A DNA stretch of 64,000 nt from a virus (Duplodnaviria; Caudoviricetes), in the IMG/VR virus record IMGVR_UViG_3300030744_000156, positions 1 to 64,000 of that record; one strand, 5' to 3'. The notes below the pieces were generated by a model that made no database searches, was not told where the DNA came from, and worked only from the letters and a program-made list of their open reading frames with translations. Made by a program: the position numbers and the translations under genes. This document shows, piece by piece, positions 1-8,197 of the stretch; the first letter of the stretch is position 1, and each line of letters opens with the position of its first letter.

Positions 1-41
1 ACACCTCTCCGCGCTCGCCCTCCGCGACGACGCTGAACCAC

Positions 42-464
42 ATGACGTTCACCGCTCACCGGCCCGACGTCCTCGTCCTCACCCGCGGTTTCCTCCACCC
101 GCTGCCGGCCGGTCTCCTGCCCGCCGACCTCGTCTTCGACCTACGCCGGTTTCTCGCCGACCCGGCGCGCCGACCGGAGGGCGACATGCTCGACATGACC
201 GGCCTGCATCCTGAGGTGCGGGCCTTCGTGCTTTTCACGCCCGGCGCCGAGCAACTGCTCGAGCACGCGGTGCCGCTCGCAGCCGCGATGGCTGCGGTGA
301 AGCGCGTGGTGGTGATGGTCGGCTGCGCTGGCGGGAAGCACAGGGCCGCGGCGATGGGCGTCGAGCTCGCCACGCGGCTGCGGGAGCGGGGACTGGTGGT
401 CGCGGTCCGGCACCTTCACGTGCACCTGCCGCGCGTGGTCCGGTCCACAGAGCTGGCCGCCTGA
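42..464 (+). CDS. Stand-alone RapZ C-terminal (PapZ_C)-like domain protein
   Basis: Motifs DLRRFLADP, DMTGLHPEV and VGCAGGKHRA match the RapZ C-terminal domain (GCTGGxHRS-like). There is no N-terminal P-loop. Confidence 0.75.
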   Translation: MTFTAHRPDVLVLTRGFLHPLPAGLLPADLVFDLRRFLADPARRPEGDMLDMTGLHPEVRAFVLFTPGAEQLLEHAVPLAAAMAAVKRVVVMVGCAGGKHRAAAMGVELATRLRERGLVVAVRHLHVHLPRVVRSTELAA

Positions 465-504
465 GAACGCCGCACCGGTCTACACATCCGTTTCCAGGTC
501 GGGT

Positions 505-774
505 GTGCTTACGATGCCGCCGCCCGCAGTCACCACCACGTGGGAGGCCCGCATGCTCATCGTCCGCGACGGCAGCCGAGGCGGCAAAGCAGTCTCGTGG
601 GGCACCGACCACCACCGCATGCACGAGATCGCCGACTCGGACCCGAACCTGTACGCGATCGCGGACATGGCCGCTAGCGCCTACTACTGCCACGTCGACC
701 GCCCGACGATGAGCGCCAGCTGGGTCCACCCATACGACCTGGACGCCCAACTACACGCAGAGATCAAGCCCTAG
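505..774 (+). CDS. Hypothetical protein
   Basis: ORF follows the RapZ-like gene; a GGGAGG RBS before an internal ATG (~552) suggests a later start. Confidence 0.5.
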   Translation: MLTMPPPAVTTTWEARMLIVRDGSRGGKAVSWGTDHHRMHEIADSDPNLYAIADMAASAYYCHVDRPTMSASWVHPYDLDAQLHAEIKP

Positions 775-1007
775 CCCTCCTGCGCCTGCCAGTTCGGATC
801 GTTTTCGAGGTCGCCAGGCGTAAGGATGCTGGGCTTCCAGCCCGCTCCGTCGGCCAACTCCCACCACACCTCGCTGCCACCGAACACGTGGTGCCGGCCA
901 CCGAGCCGGGCCAGGGGGCTGCTGTCGACCGCGACGTAGATGACTGCCTGCACGGAGTCGAGGCTGTCAGGGAGTTGCTGGAGGGTGTCCCACTTGTCGT
1001 TCGCCAC
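771..1007 (-). CDS. Hypothetical protein (start uncertain)
   Basis: Protein-like C-terminal part of ORF 771..1118; last gene of the leftward arm, converging on the + genes. Confidence 0.4.
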   Translation of the reverse strand: MANDKWDTLQQLPDSLDSVQAVIYVAVDSSPLARLGGRHHVFGGSEVWWELADGAGWKPSILTPGDLENDPNWQAQEG

Positions 1008-1078
1008 GCGGCGAAGTGTGCCAGCACGACAGCAGCCCCCAGACCACACGGGTCCAGGGGCCGCACGTCGCGCCAAAC

Positions 1079-1540
1079 TCAGCCAGACACCTCGCCCGCC
1101 GGAGCGACGAGATGCCACTCGCCGTGCGCCTCAGCGATCGATGCGACCCAGGCCTGGCAGTCCTGCTTCGATTCCATCTGCGGCACCTCAAGGTCACGCA
1201 GCCAGGGCAACAGCCGGGCCAGTTCGTCCGCCACCGGGACGGCTTCTGCCTCCCACCGGTCATGAGGCACGCCGTGGCCAGCCACCCGCTCCAGCAGACA
1301 CTGGATCTTGTCGAAGTCACGACCGACGAAGGTCTGCGTGACCACGGACAGGACCTCGCTCACGTGGAAGAGGCCAGTGCGGTAGATCTTCTGGTCCTCA
1401 GTGCAGGCCGCGCAGGCGACGGGCGACGTTCCGGGGCCGTTGCAGCGCGCCCACTCGCTGGGTTCTTCCTCGGGCCTGGGCCCGTCGCCGATCCAGATGC
1501 CATGGCCGCTCCAGCCAGTCGCAATGGTGAACTGGTCCAC
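1079..1540 (-). CDS. Hypothetical phage protein
   Basis: GTG start preceded by GAGGAGAGG RBS; C-terminal part of ORF 1079..1873. Confidence 0.6.
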   Translation of the reverse strand: MDQFTIATGWSGHGIWIGDGPRPEEEPSEWARCNGPGTSPVACAACTEDQKIYRTGLFHVSEVLSVVTQTFVGRDFDKIQCLLERVAGHGVPHDRWEAEAVPVADELARLLPWLRDLEVPQMESKQDCQAWVASIAEAHGEWHLVAPAGEVSG

Positions 1541-1592
1541 CGTGGTCCTCTCCTCGGTCACGAGCACAGCCTCGTCGTACCGGGCGTGTGCG

Positions 1593-1800
1593 CTGCGGCG
1601 ACTCGCAGGGTTGTCGTAAAACTGTCGCGTTTCTGACGTGTCTGTTGTCGTTGGTATACAAGCGGTTCCTCGGTATCGTGTGGTCCGGCTCGGTGGCCAC
1701 ATCGTGTGCGAGACGCGACAGATTCCAACCTGGGGTGAAGTTCCGCTGCGAACCCTCAGCGAGGCCCCGTCTTCGGCGGGGCCGGCAGTTGTCAGCGGAC
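1593..1800 (+). ncRNA. Candidate unknown structured RNA in ~290-bp intergenic gap
   Basis: Nested helices 1608-1613/1726-1731, 1622-1633/1710-1721, 1680-1685/1695-1700, 1742-1748/1793-1799 and 1763-1769/1777-1783 with a cUUCGg loop. G-U pairs work only on +. Confidence 0.45.
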
Positions 1801-1833
1801 GCCAGCTCGCATCAAGGCCACCGAGCCTTCTCA

Positions 1834-2364
1834 TCACAGCATCGCGGTGAGGAACGCTGCGACACCGAGCCATCCCCAGTGCCAGGACTGGTCTAGCGCG
1901 TACGCCCCGGTGCCGAGCGTCGGCTGGTCGAGCGGCACGGTCTCGGAGACGAGCGACAGGGTGTGTCCGCCGCCGGGCAGCTCACCCCGCTCAACACGGT
2001 CGACCACGACCATGTGCTGGCGGGGTTCGCCGAGCTCGTAGAACTCGGTCTTGCCCAGCAACCCGGCGAGCCGGGCCAGCGTGAAGCGCCTGTCCGCCCA
2101 GTAGTGCGTCACCGCGGACACCAGCTGGCCGGCGACGAAGCCCAGCCAGGTGATGTCGAGTTGGAACGCACCCCACAAGGCGAACACGATCGCCGCGGTG
2201 ACGGCGGTGTAGGACGCGACGTGCCGGGCGCAAGCGAGACGGCCAGCGTTGCCGGGTCGCCCCTTGGTCGCGGACTGGTGCTCGGTCTGAACCCAGTGGT
2301 CGGCGACCTGGTGCGCGACGAGCAGGCCGACAGCCACGCCCGCGAACGTGCCGATGTCAGGCAC
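1834..2364 (-). CDS. DUF3307-like membrane protein
   Basis: LLVAHQVADHWVQT...AVTHYWAD...ALDQSWH His/Asp motifs with hydrophobic helices. Confidence 0.8.
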   Translation of the reverse strand: MPDIGTFAGVAVGLLVAHQVADHWVQTEHQSATKGRPGNAGRLACARHVASYTAVTAAIVFALWGAFQLDITWLGFVAGQLVSAVTHYWADRRFTLARLAGLLGKTEFYELGEPRQHMVVVDRVERGELPGGGHTLSLVSETVPLDQPTLGTGAYALDQSWHWGWLGVAAFLTAML

Positions 2365-2554
2365 CCGACTTCCCTTCCGCCGCGGTGAGGCCGAGCATGT
2401 CGAGGAGCTCGGCGCAGTCGGCTGCGTCGTGGGCGTGGTTGCTGGCGAGCGCACGGACCGCGGCCCGCCGCTCGGCCACGCGGTGCTCATCCGACACCGG
2501 GCCGATGCGGGTGGATGCGAGTGACGAGCCGTCGTACAGGACGTCGTTCCCCAT
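2357..2554 (-). CDS. Hypothetical protein
   Basis: ATG at 2554, coupled to neighbours. Confidence 0.55.
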   Translation of the reverse strand: MGNDVLYDGSSLASTRIGPVSDEHRVAERRAAVRALASNHAHDAADCAELLDMLGLTAAEGKSGA

Positions 2555-3105
2555 CACGCCACCGCCAGTTCGTCGCGCAGTTTGTCCACGACCGCCGACC
2601 GATAAGCGTGCACCGGGAACGGGCACGGCCCGCCCAGCAACTGCATCCCGATCCCTGCCAGCGCGAGCGCGTCCGCCGTGTCGTTCTTGATCTCGTCCAG
2701 CGCCGGCCACATCCGCGCTGCGGCGAGCATCATGTCGTCCTTGTCGGCGTTGCCCTTACCTGTCGCCCACTTCTTTGCCGACGCTGGGGGAACCACAACG
2801 ACCGGGACGCCGTTCAGCATCATCCGGTCGAACACCTTGCCCCAGAGCCAGGACCGGTCGTGCGAAGACGCCGAGACTGAGCTGAACGACGGACCCTCAA
2901 CAACAACGAGCGCAGCTGGGAGGGTGCGCTTCTGGATCTCGTTGGCCAGATTGAGGATCCGCACAGACCGCGCTTCCCAGGTGTCGGTCTTGCTTCCCTT
3001 GGACTGGGCTCGCTGGATGCTGGCCATGACCTCGTCGTCGTTCCAGGTGATGTGGGCGATGCCGGTGTTGGTGAGGCTGAGGTCGAGGCCGATGACAGTG
3101 GTCAC
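2554..3105 (-). CDS. RuvC-like Holliday junction resolvase
   Basis: VIGLDLSLTNTG, VVVEGP, KKWATGKGNADK, DTADALALA acidic RuvC motifs. Confidence 0.88.
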   Translation of the reverse strand: MTTVIGLDLSLTNTGIAHITWNDDEVMASIQRAQSKGSKTDTWEARSVRILNLANEIQKRTLPAALVVVEGPSFSSVSASSHDRSWLWGKVFDRMMLNGVPVVVVPPASAKKWATGKGNADKDDMMLAAARMWPALDEIKNDTADALALAGIGMQLLGGPCPFPVHAYRSAVVDKLRDELAVA

Positions 3106-3560
3106 GCGTTCACCTTCCGGACCTCGGCGAGGATGTTGTCCAGCTGGCCCGGCTCGATGAGCACGTCCCGCGCCCGCGCACCGTCCGCCGGGCCGACCAC
3201 GCCGAGCTTCTCCAGCCGGTCGAGGATGCGGTGGGATTCCGCGAAGTTCACCTGCAGCTTGCGCTGCAGGAACGCCGCCGACCCGAACTGGGCCTGGACA
3301 ACGAGTTCGGTGGCCTGGACGAGCTGTTCGTTGGTGGGCACGGGGATGTCCTCCTCGAGGAGGCCGAGGCGTTGCGCCGCGGCGACGGTGTGGGTGATGT
3401 TGTTCGTGCCGAGGACGCTGGCGGCGTCGCGGCAGCGGCGTTTCACGGTGGTCTCGCTCAGGTGCAGGACGTCGGCGGCTTGCCGGTAGGTGTGGCCGTC
3501 GGCGACGAGCCGGAGCACGGCGACCTGGCCGACGGTCAGCACCGGCTCTGGGGCGGTCAT
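3102..3560 (-). CDS. LuxR-type HTH fused to FtsK gamma-domain
   Basis: N-term LRLVADGHTYRQAADVLHLSETTVK (LuxR HTH). C-term ATELVVQAQFGSAAFLQRKLQVNFAESHRILDRLEKLGVVGPADGARARDVL (actinobacterial FtsK gamma). Confidence 0.8.
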   Translation of the reverse strand: MTAPEPVLTVGQVAVLRLVADGHTYRQAADVLHLSETTVKRRCRDAASVLGTNNITHTVAAAQRLGLLEEDIPVPTNEQLVQATELVVQAQFGSAAFLQRKLQVNFAESHRILDRLEKLGVVGPADGARARDVLIEPGQLDNILAEVRKVNA

Positions 3561-3766
3561 GGCGTGGCCGCCGGGGTGCTGGTGTAGAACTGGCCGCCGC
3601 CGTCGCACCACGGGTGCTTCTGGCCGGGCTGGGTCTTCGGCTTGATGCGATGTTTGGCGCGGAGCCCGGTGATGCGGTTGACGACGATGTTCTCGCGGAG
3701 GCAGTGGTTGCAGGTGACCGAGGGTGGGGTGGCGGCACGCATGGCGGCCCAGTTGATGGTCTTCAC
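3557..3766 (-). CDS. Hypothetical small Cys/His protein
   Basis: GTG start coupled by GTGA overlap; CNHC...HPWC. Confidence 0.5.
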   Translation of the reverse strand: MKTINWAAMRAATPPSVTCNHCLRENIVVNRITGLRAKHRIKPKTQPGQKHPWCDGGGQFYTSTPAATP

Positions 3767-4050
3767 CGCGGCTCCTGCTGGACTGGAACGTGCATCCACT
3801 GTTCCGGCGGCCGGTAGCTCGGCACGTGCCCGCGCGGCCACTGCCCGAACCAGCCCCGGCACTGCCCGTTGCAGCCTCCCGGTTCCTTGCACACGTCGAG
3901 GACGTAGTGGGCGAAGTCGGGGCCGTACGCGATCGCCGCAGTGCTCTCATGCGGACACCCAGCGTGCGGGCAGATGCCCTCGACCGGCGCTGGTCCCCAG
4001 CCCTTGAACCAGCGGGTCTCCTCGGGGTGGTCGAGGTGTGCATCACCCAT
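3763..4050 (-). CDS. Hypothetical Cys-rich protein
   Basis: ORF track; coupled overlaps. Confidence 0.55.
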   Translation of the reverse strand: MGDAHLDHPEETRWFKGWGPAPVEGICPHAGCPHESTAAIAYGPDFAHYVLDVCKEPGGCNGQCRGWFGQWPRGHVPSYRPPEQWMHVPVQQEPR

Positions 4051-4321
4051 CGGTCTCTCCGCCTTTCGTCTCCTTCTGTGTGGAGTCGGCCAGGGTCACA
4101 AGCGCGCAGCGCGTCCACTCACCAACCCACACGCGGCGCGTCAGCAACTCCCGCGTCTGTCCCTGGGTGACCGGTTTCTTGAAGGCCGCGAGCGCAGCAG
4201 CCTGGTCGCCGCCGTAGTTCGTAGTTCCGCTTTCGCCGTAGAACGTCGTGCGGACGCCGTGCTCCTCGTACGAGAACGCCACGGGAGCGCCTATGTTGTC
4301 GTCGGTGACCCGGTCAGCCAC
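4043..4321 (-). CDS. Hypothetical protein
   Basis: GTG start after GGAG RBS; C-terminal part of ORF 4043..4564. Confidence 0.5.
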   Translation of the reverse strand: MADRVTDDNIGAPVAFSYEEHGVRTTFYGESGTTNYGGDQAAALAAFKKPVTQGQTRELLTRRVWVGEWTRCALVTLADSTQKETKGGETDG

Positions 4322-6275
4322 GCTCGTCTCCTTCCTGGGGAGAGGACACGGGAAGGACCTCGGTCGGCGGGATCTTCTCGACAGGCGTGTTCGGCGGGCG
4401 GTTGCCGGGGAAGCCGTTGCCCTCGTGGCTACCCGTCCAGTAGCCGACCCGTGCACATCCGGGGCACTGTTCCTGGTGCAGCGCGAAGTAGAACCGCTTG
4501 CAGCCCGAGCACTGCCACACTGCGCGGAGGTCCGGGGGTGAGGTGTCAGCCTCACCAGAGACACCCCGGTTGATCACGTTCGGCGTGACGTGCTTCCAGT
4601 CCCGAAGTTGCTCCAGCGGGAACTCCGCCAGGTCGTCGTGGATGACGTCGCTGTCGTCCGGCCCTGCCTCGGTGGCGGCTATCGCCGGTTCACAGCGGGC
4701 GCAGGGGATCTCGGTGTGCTCGGTCTGGTCGCAGACGAACTCTCGGGTCGCTTCGCTCCGGGCGGCTGACGCCGCGTCCTCACTCAAGAGGTCAAGCAAC
4801 TCCAGTACGACGTCTCCCGCGTGAGATGCCGATCCGTACGCCAACTCCTCCACCCCGGCCTGATGCGCCTTGTCGAGCGCGGCCTCAAGCAGTTCGTGGA
4901 TGGGCTGATATTGCGCGTCCCAGCAGTCACCAGTGGCCTGATGGATGGGAACCACGACAGGACTGCACGAGCACGCCGGGACAACGCCGGGACGCAGCCC
5001 CATGAGCGCGAGCAGCGTCTCAGAGAGTTGGTCGGAGAACTGCGACGGCAGCAGCACGCCGTTCGCCTGCTTCGGCCAACCCATGCCACGGTGCTCGTCC
5101 GCCATGGCCTGCCACCTGTCGCGGGCCTCAGTGAGCTTTGAGATGGCGTTGGCGAGCACGACGGCCTGTCGCTCTGCTTCGGAGACCGAAGGGCGGAGAC
5201 CCTCATCCAAATTCTGTTCCAACTTGGGGTTCGCTTGGATTTGGGGCACCAGCGTGTCGGCCTCGTGCCGGTCCTTCCAGTCCTCCGCCCGCTTCTTACT
5301 GGGGCTGTACTGGACGATGCCGCATGCCGAACACGTGGACTCCCACCAGTCCCTCTCGGCAGCCCTGACGAACACCTTGTGCTGGACGGGGGTCGCTTCG
5401 CTTGTGGCGCTACGCGCTCCCCACGAGGCCAGCAGATCCAGCACGGCGCGAGCACCCCAGCTGGCGATGGTCTCCCGCTGGCCGTCGAACACCTCTCGCG
5501 GGAGCTTTCGCAGCGCCGGGTTCGAGATCACGTCACGGATTGCGCTGCGCGCGTCCTCGGGGATCCCGGCGAGGCCGGCGAGCAGTGCCTGCTGCTTCTT
5601 CAGCGCGGACAACGCCTCGTCCCACTCGGCCTTCACGCGTCGGTTTTCGGCTCGCAGCAAGCCGGCATTGGCCATCGACGCGGCCGTATCGTGCAGCCGC
5701 TCGTCCACCTCCTTGTTCGCGCGGTTGCGCCACGCCTCGCGCGACCTCCGCAGCTTCGACGCCCGCCGGGCCATGCCGCGCAGACGGGCGCGTGCCTCGT
5801 CCCGCTCGGAGGTGAGCGTCTTCTCGCGCGCCCACGACTCCTTGGCCGCCTTCTCCCACTCCTCCTTGTCGTTCCACAGCGCCTGCCAGTCGGCCACTGC
5901 CTTGAACAGCCAGTCCATCCCAGGAAACAACGCGGCGGCAACGTGCGCGGTCAGCTCGTCCGGGGTGTCGACCGTCAGGTAGTACCTCGTCGGCCCGCTG
6001 CCGTAGTCCTCGCCCGCCGTGTAGTCGTCGACGACCGACGCGACCTTCTCGCGCAGCTCTTCCATCGACACCTGGGGTGCATCGGGCTTGAGATTCGTTT
6101 CCTCGCCGCCGACTGGTGTGACCCGTGTGCGGGTGCGCGGCCAGAAGCCCTTGATGTACTCGCCGACGGGCTCGTCGACGAACTCGCTGAGCCCGTCCTC
6201 CTTGACCACCACACGCTTGGTCAGCTGGTAGGTGCCGGGTGCGAGCCTGGGCAGTTCGTTCGTCGGCTCGGTCAC
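4314..6275 (-). CDS. Large mosaic hypothetical phage protein (coiled-coil plus several CxxC modules)
   Basis: 653-aa ORF with operon-consistent codon pattern. Confidence 0.7.
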   Translation of the reverse strand: MTEPTNELPRLAPGTYQLTKRVVVKEDGLSEFVDEPVGEYIKGFWPRTRTRVTPVGGEETNLKPDAPQVSMEELREKVASVVDDYTAGEDYGSGPTRYYLTVDTPDELTAHVAAALFPGMDWLFKAVADWQALWNDKEEWEKAAKESWAREKTLTSERDEARARLRGMARRASKLRRSREAWRNRANKEVDERLHDTAASMANAGLLRAENRRVKAEWDEALSALKKQQALLAGLAGIPEDARSAIRDVISNPALRKLPREVFDGQRETIASWGARAVLDLLASWGARSATSEATPVQHKVFVRAAERDWWESTCSACGIVQYSPSKKRAEDWKDRHEADTLVPQIQANPKLEQNLDEGLRPSVSEAERQAVVLANAISKLTEARDRWQAMADEHRGMGWPKQANGVLLPSQFSDQLSETLLALMGLRPGVVPACSCSPVVVPIHQATGDCWDAQYQPIHELLEAALDKAHQAGVEELAYGSASHAGDVVLELLDLLSEDAASAARSEATREFVCDQTEHTEIPCARCEPAIAATEAGPDDSDVIHDDLAEFPLEQLRDWKHVTPNVINRGVSGEADTSPPDLRAVWQCSGCKRFYFALHQEQCPGCARVGYWTGSHEGNGFPGNRPPNTPVEKIPPTEVLPVSSPQEGDERG

Positions 6276-6499
6276 GACTCGTCCTCGTCTTCCTCGGTGA
6301 AGTGGGGGCAGAACGACTCAGGTACCTGCCAGTGCACGACGGGACCGGTGTACGGCTCACGCCGGTCGTACGAGGCGATGCCCGCAAGCGCGACCTCGTC
6401 GGGCACGCAGAAGAAGCAGAACTCGTCGGCCGGGTGCTGCGGCAACGCGGTGGTCTCAGGCTGTTCGAGTGAGGGCAGTTCGGTGTTCGGCTCGGTCAC
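6272..6499 (-). CDS. Hypothetical protein
   Basis: ORF track; its start is near-duplicated with that of 4314..6275. Confidence 0.55.
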   Translation of the reverse strand: MTEPNTELPSLEQPETTALPQHPADEFCFFCVPDEVALAGIASYDRREPYTGPVVHWQVPESFCPHFTEEDEDES

Positions 6500-6753
6500 G
6501 ACGTCTCCTTAGGTGCGAACAGCAACTCGCTGAGCCGGGTGGGCAAGGTGAGGTTGAGCCAGTCCAGCGGCTGCCATCCGGTCTCGAACACGTGCTCCTC
6601 GGGCATCCACTGGAAACCGGGCTCCAGCGGCTCCTCGGTGGCGATGACGAGCCACGGCGTCGGGTCGACCGCGCGGCCGTTCGGAGCGCACAGGGCGATT
6701 TCGCGGGTGGTGGTGTTGACGCGGATCTCCTGCACGTTCAGCGCTTCGGTCAC
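6496..6753 (-). CDS. Hypothetical protein
   Basis: ORF track; GTGA coupling. Confidence 0.55.
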   Translation of the reverse strand: MTEALNVQEIRVNTTTREIALCAPNGRAVDPTPWLVIATEEPLEPGFQWMPEEHVFETGWQPLDWLNLTLPTRLSELLFAPKETS

Positions 6754-6989
6754 CGCGTCACCTCGGTGGTCTCGTAGTAAGCAACGATCTCCTCGTCGGT
6801 GATCCGGAACCGGATGGCGTCATCGGACGGCTCCTGTGTCTCACCGAGCCGCCCGGTCGACCGCATCTCGGAGATGAGCGCGGCGACCGCCTTGTAGACC
6901 TCGACCCAGCAGGCACCCCACGCCGGGTCGACGGGTACGACCTGCTCGACGTAGCGCACGGTGCGCTCCTGGCGGCGGACGCTGCTCAC
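6750..6989 (-). CDS. Hypothetical protein
   Basis: GTG start coupled to upstream stop. Confidence 0.5.
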   Translation of the reverse strand: MSSVRRQERTVRYVEQVVPVDPAWGACWVEVYKAVAALISEMRSTGRLGETQEPSDDAIRFRITDEEIVAYYETTEVTR

Positions 6990-7831
6990 GACGGCACCGC
7001 CGTAATGCTGTAGTGCTCGAACATCCGCCCCAGCGCCGAGCACGGCGGCCTAACGACCAGGTCGTACTGACCCTCCCACTCCCCAGCCCACGAACCCGCC
7101 TGGGTTGAGCACGTCTCGCAGGCGACGCAGTCTGACTGCGCGAAGCACTCCTGCGTGTCGACGTGATCGCAGTCGTTTTCCCGGCATTCCTCGGACAGCA
7201 GCACGAGCGGCCGGTGCGCGGTCGCGTGGCCGAGGCGCTGCAGCCACACCGGATGATCGGAGTCCTGGCCGCGTTCCTCGCGGGCTGCGGTGAGGATCGC
7301 TTCGCACAGCCGCACGAACATCAGCGGATCCGGCAGGAACCGTCGCAGTGCGTCCGCTTCACCGCTGCTCGGCACGTAGCGGGCCAGCTCCAACTCGGTG
7401 GTGCCTTCGGAGATCGCGACGGCCCAGCAGCAGTAGCCGCACAGATCGGTCCGTGTCACGAGGTGCTCGTTGATGCGGTGGAAACGTCCCCAGGTCTGGG
7501 CGATGTCGACGGGCTGGTCGCACTCGGCGTGTCCTTCGCGGCCGTCGTGCCGTTTCGGGTTGACCGCGTGGATCTGCTCCCCGATCCCGATCGCGAACCC
7601 GGCGTGCACCGCGGCCAGCACGGGCTCGGCGGGTTCCCATCGGGTCGTGGTGACCGTGCGCGTCTGCGCCTGCCCGGTCATGCCGAGCGGGGCGCGCCGG
7701 CCGATGAGCCAGCCGATGTTGTCCTTCGCGAACGGGCCCGCGTAGGAGACGCTGCCGTTCGGGAAGTCCCACTTGATGCCGTATTCGATGCGCTCGGCGC
7801 CCTCGTTCTCCATGACGATCGGCTCAGACAC
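6986..7831 (-). CDS. Hypothetical Cys-rich phage protein
   Basis: 281-aa ORF, coupled overlaps. Confidence 0.6.
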   Translation of the reverse strand: MSEPIVMENEGAERIEYGIKWDFPNGSVSYAGPFAKDNIGWLIGRRAPLGMTGQAQTRTVTTTRWEPAEPVLAAVHAGFAIGIGEQIHAVNPKRHDGREGHAECDQPVDIAQTWGRFHRINEHLVTRTDLCGYCCWAVAISEGTTELELARYVPSSGEADALRRFLPDPLMFVRLCEAILTAAREERGQDSDHPVWLQRLGHATAHRPLVLLSEECRENDCDHVDTQECFAQSDCVACETCSTQAGSWAGEWEGQYDLVVRPPCSALGRMFEHYSITAVPS

Positions 7832-8168
7832 CGGACACCTCGTACTCCAGCCAGAAGCGCACCGGCTTGCGGATCGACTTGGCGTAGGCGATCTCGGCGC
7901 GCGTGCTGTCGCCGATGTAGCCGTCGCGCGTGACGACGAGCACCTCGTCGGCGAGCCGGATCTTCGCGAAGTGCAGCTCGTCCAGGTTGGTCTTGATGTC
8001 GTCCTCGGTCACCATCGCGTGCAGCGTCACCGGCAACGGCCGCTTCATGTTCACGTGTGGCATCACGACGATGTGGCCGGAGATTGACTCCTCAACTGCG
8101 GCCAGGTGCATCTCGTCCTCGAAACGCATTGAACCGCTGATGCAGACGATGCGGGGATGTTCAGGCAT
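7824..8168 (-). CDS. Nucleoside 2-deoxyribosyltransferase-like / DUF4406-like protein
   Basis: IVCISGSMRF...LHFAKIRLADEVLVV...GYIGDSTRAEIAYA is the NDT-like Rossmannoid signature. Confidence 0.65.
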   Translation of the reverse strand: MPEHPRIVCISGSMRFEDEMHLAAVEESISGHIVVMPHVNMKRPLPVTLHAMVTEDDIKTNLDELHFAKIRLADEVLVVTRDGYIGDSTRAEIAYAKSIRKPVRFWLEYEVSGV

Positions 8169-8197
8169 GGTGTCCTCCGTGGACGGTTGCGGGATGG

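Noticed and set aside
472-501. Seventh copy of the CGTCCG operator upstream of the 505 ORF
   Set aside because: Too degenerate (GCACCGGTCT...TTCCAGGTCG); both arms carry several mismatches.
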